Below are positions 63,136 to 64,000 of a stretch of 64,000 bases of DNA, piece by piece. Numbering within the stretch: the stretch's first letter is position 1; the number at the start of each line of letters is the position of its first letter. The stretch comes from an uncultured Sphingomonadaceae bacterium (lineage in GTDB: Bacteria; Pseudomonadota; Alphaproteobacteria; Sphingomonadales; Sphingomonadaceae), in the NCBI GenBank assembly GCA_947258815.1, contig CAMYJW010000011.1, positions 96,831 to 160,830 of the forward strand, given 5' to 3'. Under the pieces are notes generated by a model. That model was not told the origin of the DNA and searched no databases. It was given only the letters and a program-made list of their open reading frames with translations. A program made the translations under genes and the position numbers.

Positions 63136-63594
63136 TCAATCGTCGCGCGAAATCTTCTCGCGTCGTTCATGCGCTTCCTGGGATTCAACCGTCATCGTCG
63201 CGATCGGTCTGGCGATCAGCCTGCCCAGGCCGATTGGCTCGCCGGTAACCTCGCAAAAGCCATATTCGCCTTCATCGATACGCCGCAGCGCCGCGTCGAT
63301 CTTGGAAATAAGCTTTCTCTGCCGATCCCGCGTGCGCAGTTCGATGCCCCAGTCCGTCTCGCTCGATGCGCGATCGTTGAGATCGGGTTCGCGGATAGGA
63401 CCGTCCTGGAGCTGCTGCAATGTGCCTGCGGACGCATCCAGAATCAGATGCTTCCAGGCATTCAGCAATTTACGGAAATATTCCTGATGTGCTTCGCACA
63501 TATAGGTTTCGTCATCGCCGGGGCTGTATTCGCCACCGATCTCGCGCCGCGCTTTCGCCAGCACGTCAATCTCATCAGACAGGGACGTTGCCAT
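63136..63594 (-). CDS. dksA: RNA polymerase-binding transcription factor DksA (one-Cys variant)
   Basis: Coiled-coil region with the DxxDxA-type tip (DLNDRASSETD). The C-terminal region YGFCEVTGEPIGLGRLIARPIATMTVESQ aligns to the DksA zinc-finger region but keeps only one Cys. Confidence 0.85.
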   Translation of the reverse strand: MATSLSDEIDVLAKARREIGGEYSPGDDETYMCEAHQEYFRKLLNAWKHLILDASAGTLQQLQDGPIREPDLNDRASSETDWGIELRTRDRQRKLISKIDAALRRIDEGEYGFCEVTGEPIGLGRLIARPIATMTVESQEAHERREKISRDD

Positions 63595-63881
63595 TCAGAA
63601 ACTCCGCCGAATCCTTTGCTGGATCGCCACGTCCTGCAGTTCCGGGTGTTCCCGATAACCCCAGCGAACCATCGTTGTGTGGGGCCTATAGTTATGGGCA
63701 CTCACCTACACAAGCGGCAATAGCGGTCAGCCGGTGAAAAAGGCGCCACAGGCCGCTATTTCAGGACATTACAGGCGAAAACGGAAAATTCTTGGCCGCG
63801 TTAACCATTTGTTGACCATAGAAGACGAACTTGGCCTCAACCGGCGAGCAAAGGGGGCTCGTCATCAAGGGGGTAAATGAC

Positions 63882-64000
63882 ATGAGTTCTGCCTGGATCA
63901 GCAAAGACAGCCTTACAAATGCACAGGCTGCGGATACCACAAGCGAAGATATGCTCGTCGCCAATTGTCTCGCCGCTGCCGCTCAAGGCGATGTATCGGC
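63882..64000 (+). CDS. 5' end of an unidentified ORF running off the window
   Basis: ATG at 63882, 7 nt after AAGGGGG. The frame is open to the window end (MSSAWISKDSLTNAQAADTTSEDMLVANCLAAAAQGDVS...). A sigma-70/ECF-like N-terminus is only a guess. Confidence 0.3.
   Translation, partial: MSSAWISKDSLTNAQAADTTSEDMLVANCLAAAAQGDVS

Noticed and set aside
1-64000. CRISPR arrays, rRNA or tRNA genes, and IS elements, integrases or phage genes marking the catabolic region as a mobile island.
   Set aside because: I found no repeat-spacer periodicity, no rRNA- or tRNA-like sequences, and no transposase or integrase-like ORFs. The only repeats seen are the short ones reported above. Island status therefore cannot be claimed from this window.

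Overview
This is a GC-rich bacterial chromosome segment. Gene content suggests an alphaproteobacterium, probably Sphingomonadales, but that is an inference I could not check by search. I support about 60 protein-coding genes. I recognised no rRNA, tRNA, CRISPR array, transposase or integrase.

The window has three parts.

(1) Bases 1 to ~33.5 kb form an oxygenase-dense catabolic island.
- Oxygenases: three cytochrome P450s, two paralogous Rieske alpha/beta oxygenases and two paralogous acyl-CoA-dehydrogenase-fold flavin monooxygenases.
- Electron transfer: only one small ferredoxin (probably [3Fe-4S]) and one FAD reductase.
- Other redox enzymes: luciferase-like, ABM, Old Yellow Enzyme and GMC enzymes, an aldehyde dehydrogenase and several SDRs.
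- Other genes: a globin-like protein, a secreted sulfatase, a cytoplasmic sulfotransferase, a thiolase, and two TetR and one HxlR regulators.
- No ring-cleavage dioxygenase is visible.

(2) Bases ~33.5 to 41.7 kb hold mixed genes (SMR efflux, GST, trhO). They also hold the item I consider most worth follow-up, an orphan minus-strand operon. It encodes a signal-peptide/TM beta-sandwich-like protein, a Na+/solute symporter, an ATCase-like carbamoyltransferase and an AsnB-like amidotransferase. It lies convergent to an N-carbamoyl-amino-acid-type M20 amidohydrolase. The combination suggests metabolism of an N-carbamoylated amino-acid amide.

(3) Bases ~41.9 to 64 kb are core housekeeping genes:
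- pyk, yggS, a thiE-like gene, ftsK, an S9 peptidase and aminopeptidase P;
- an EF-hand protein with an OmpR/HK two-component pair, and a DUF853 ATPase;
- a pabB-pabC fusion, an aminotransferase, rluA and arfB;
- DUF4112, an orphan SBP, a PilZ protein and dksA.

Several long listed ORFs are antisense artefacts of high GC content, and many listed starts were trimmed using RBS and homology logic. All functional calls come from motif and family recognition by eye. No database search was run.
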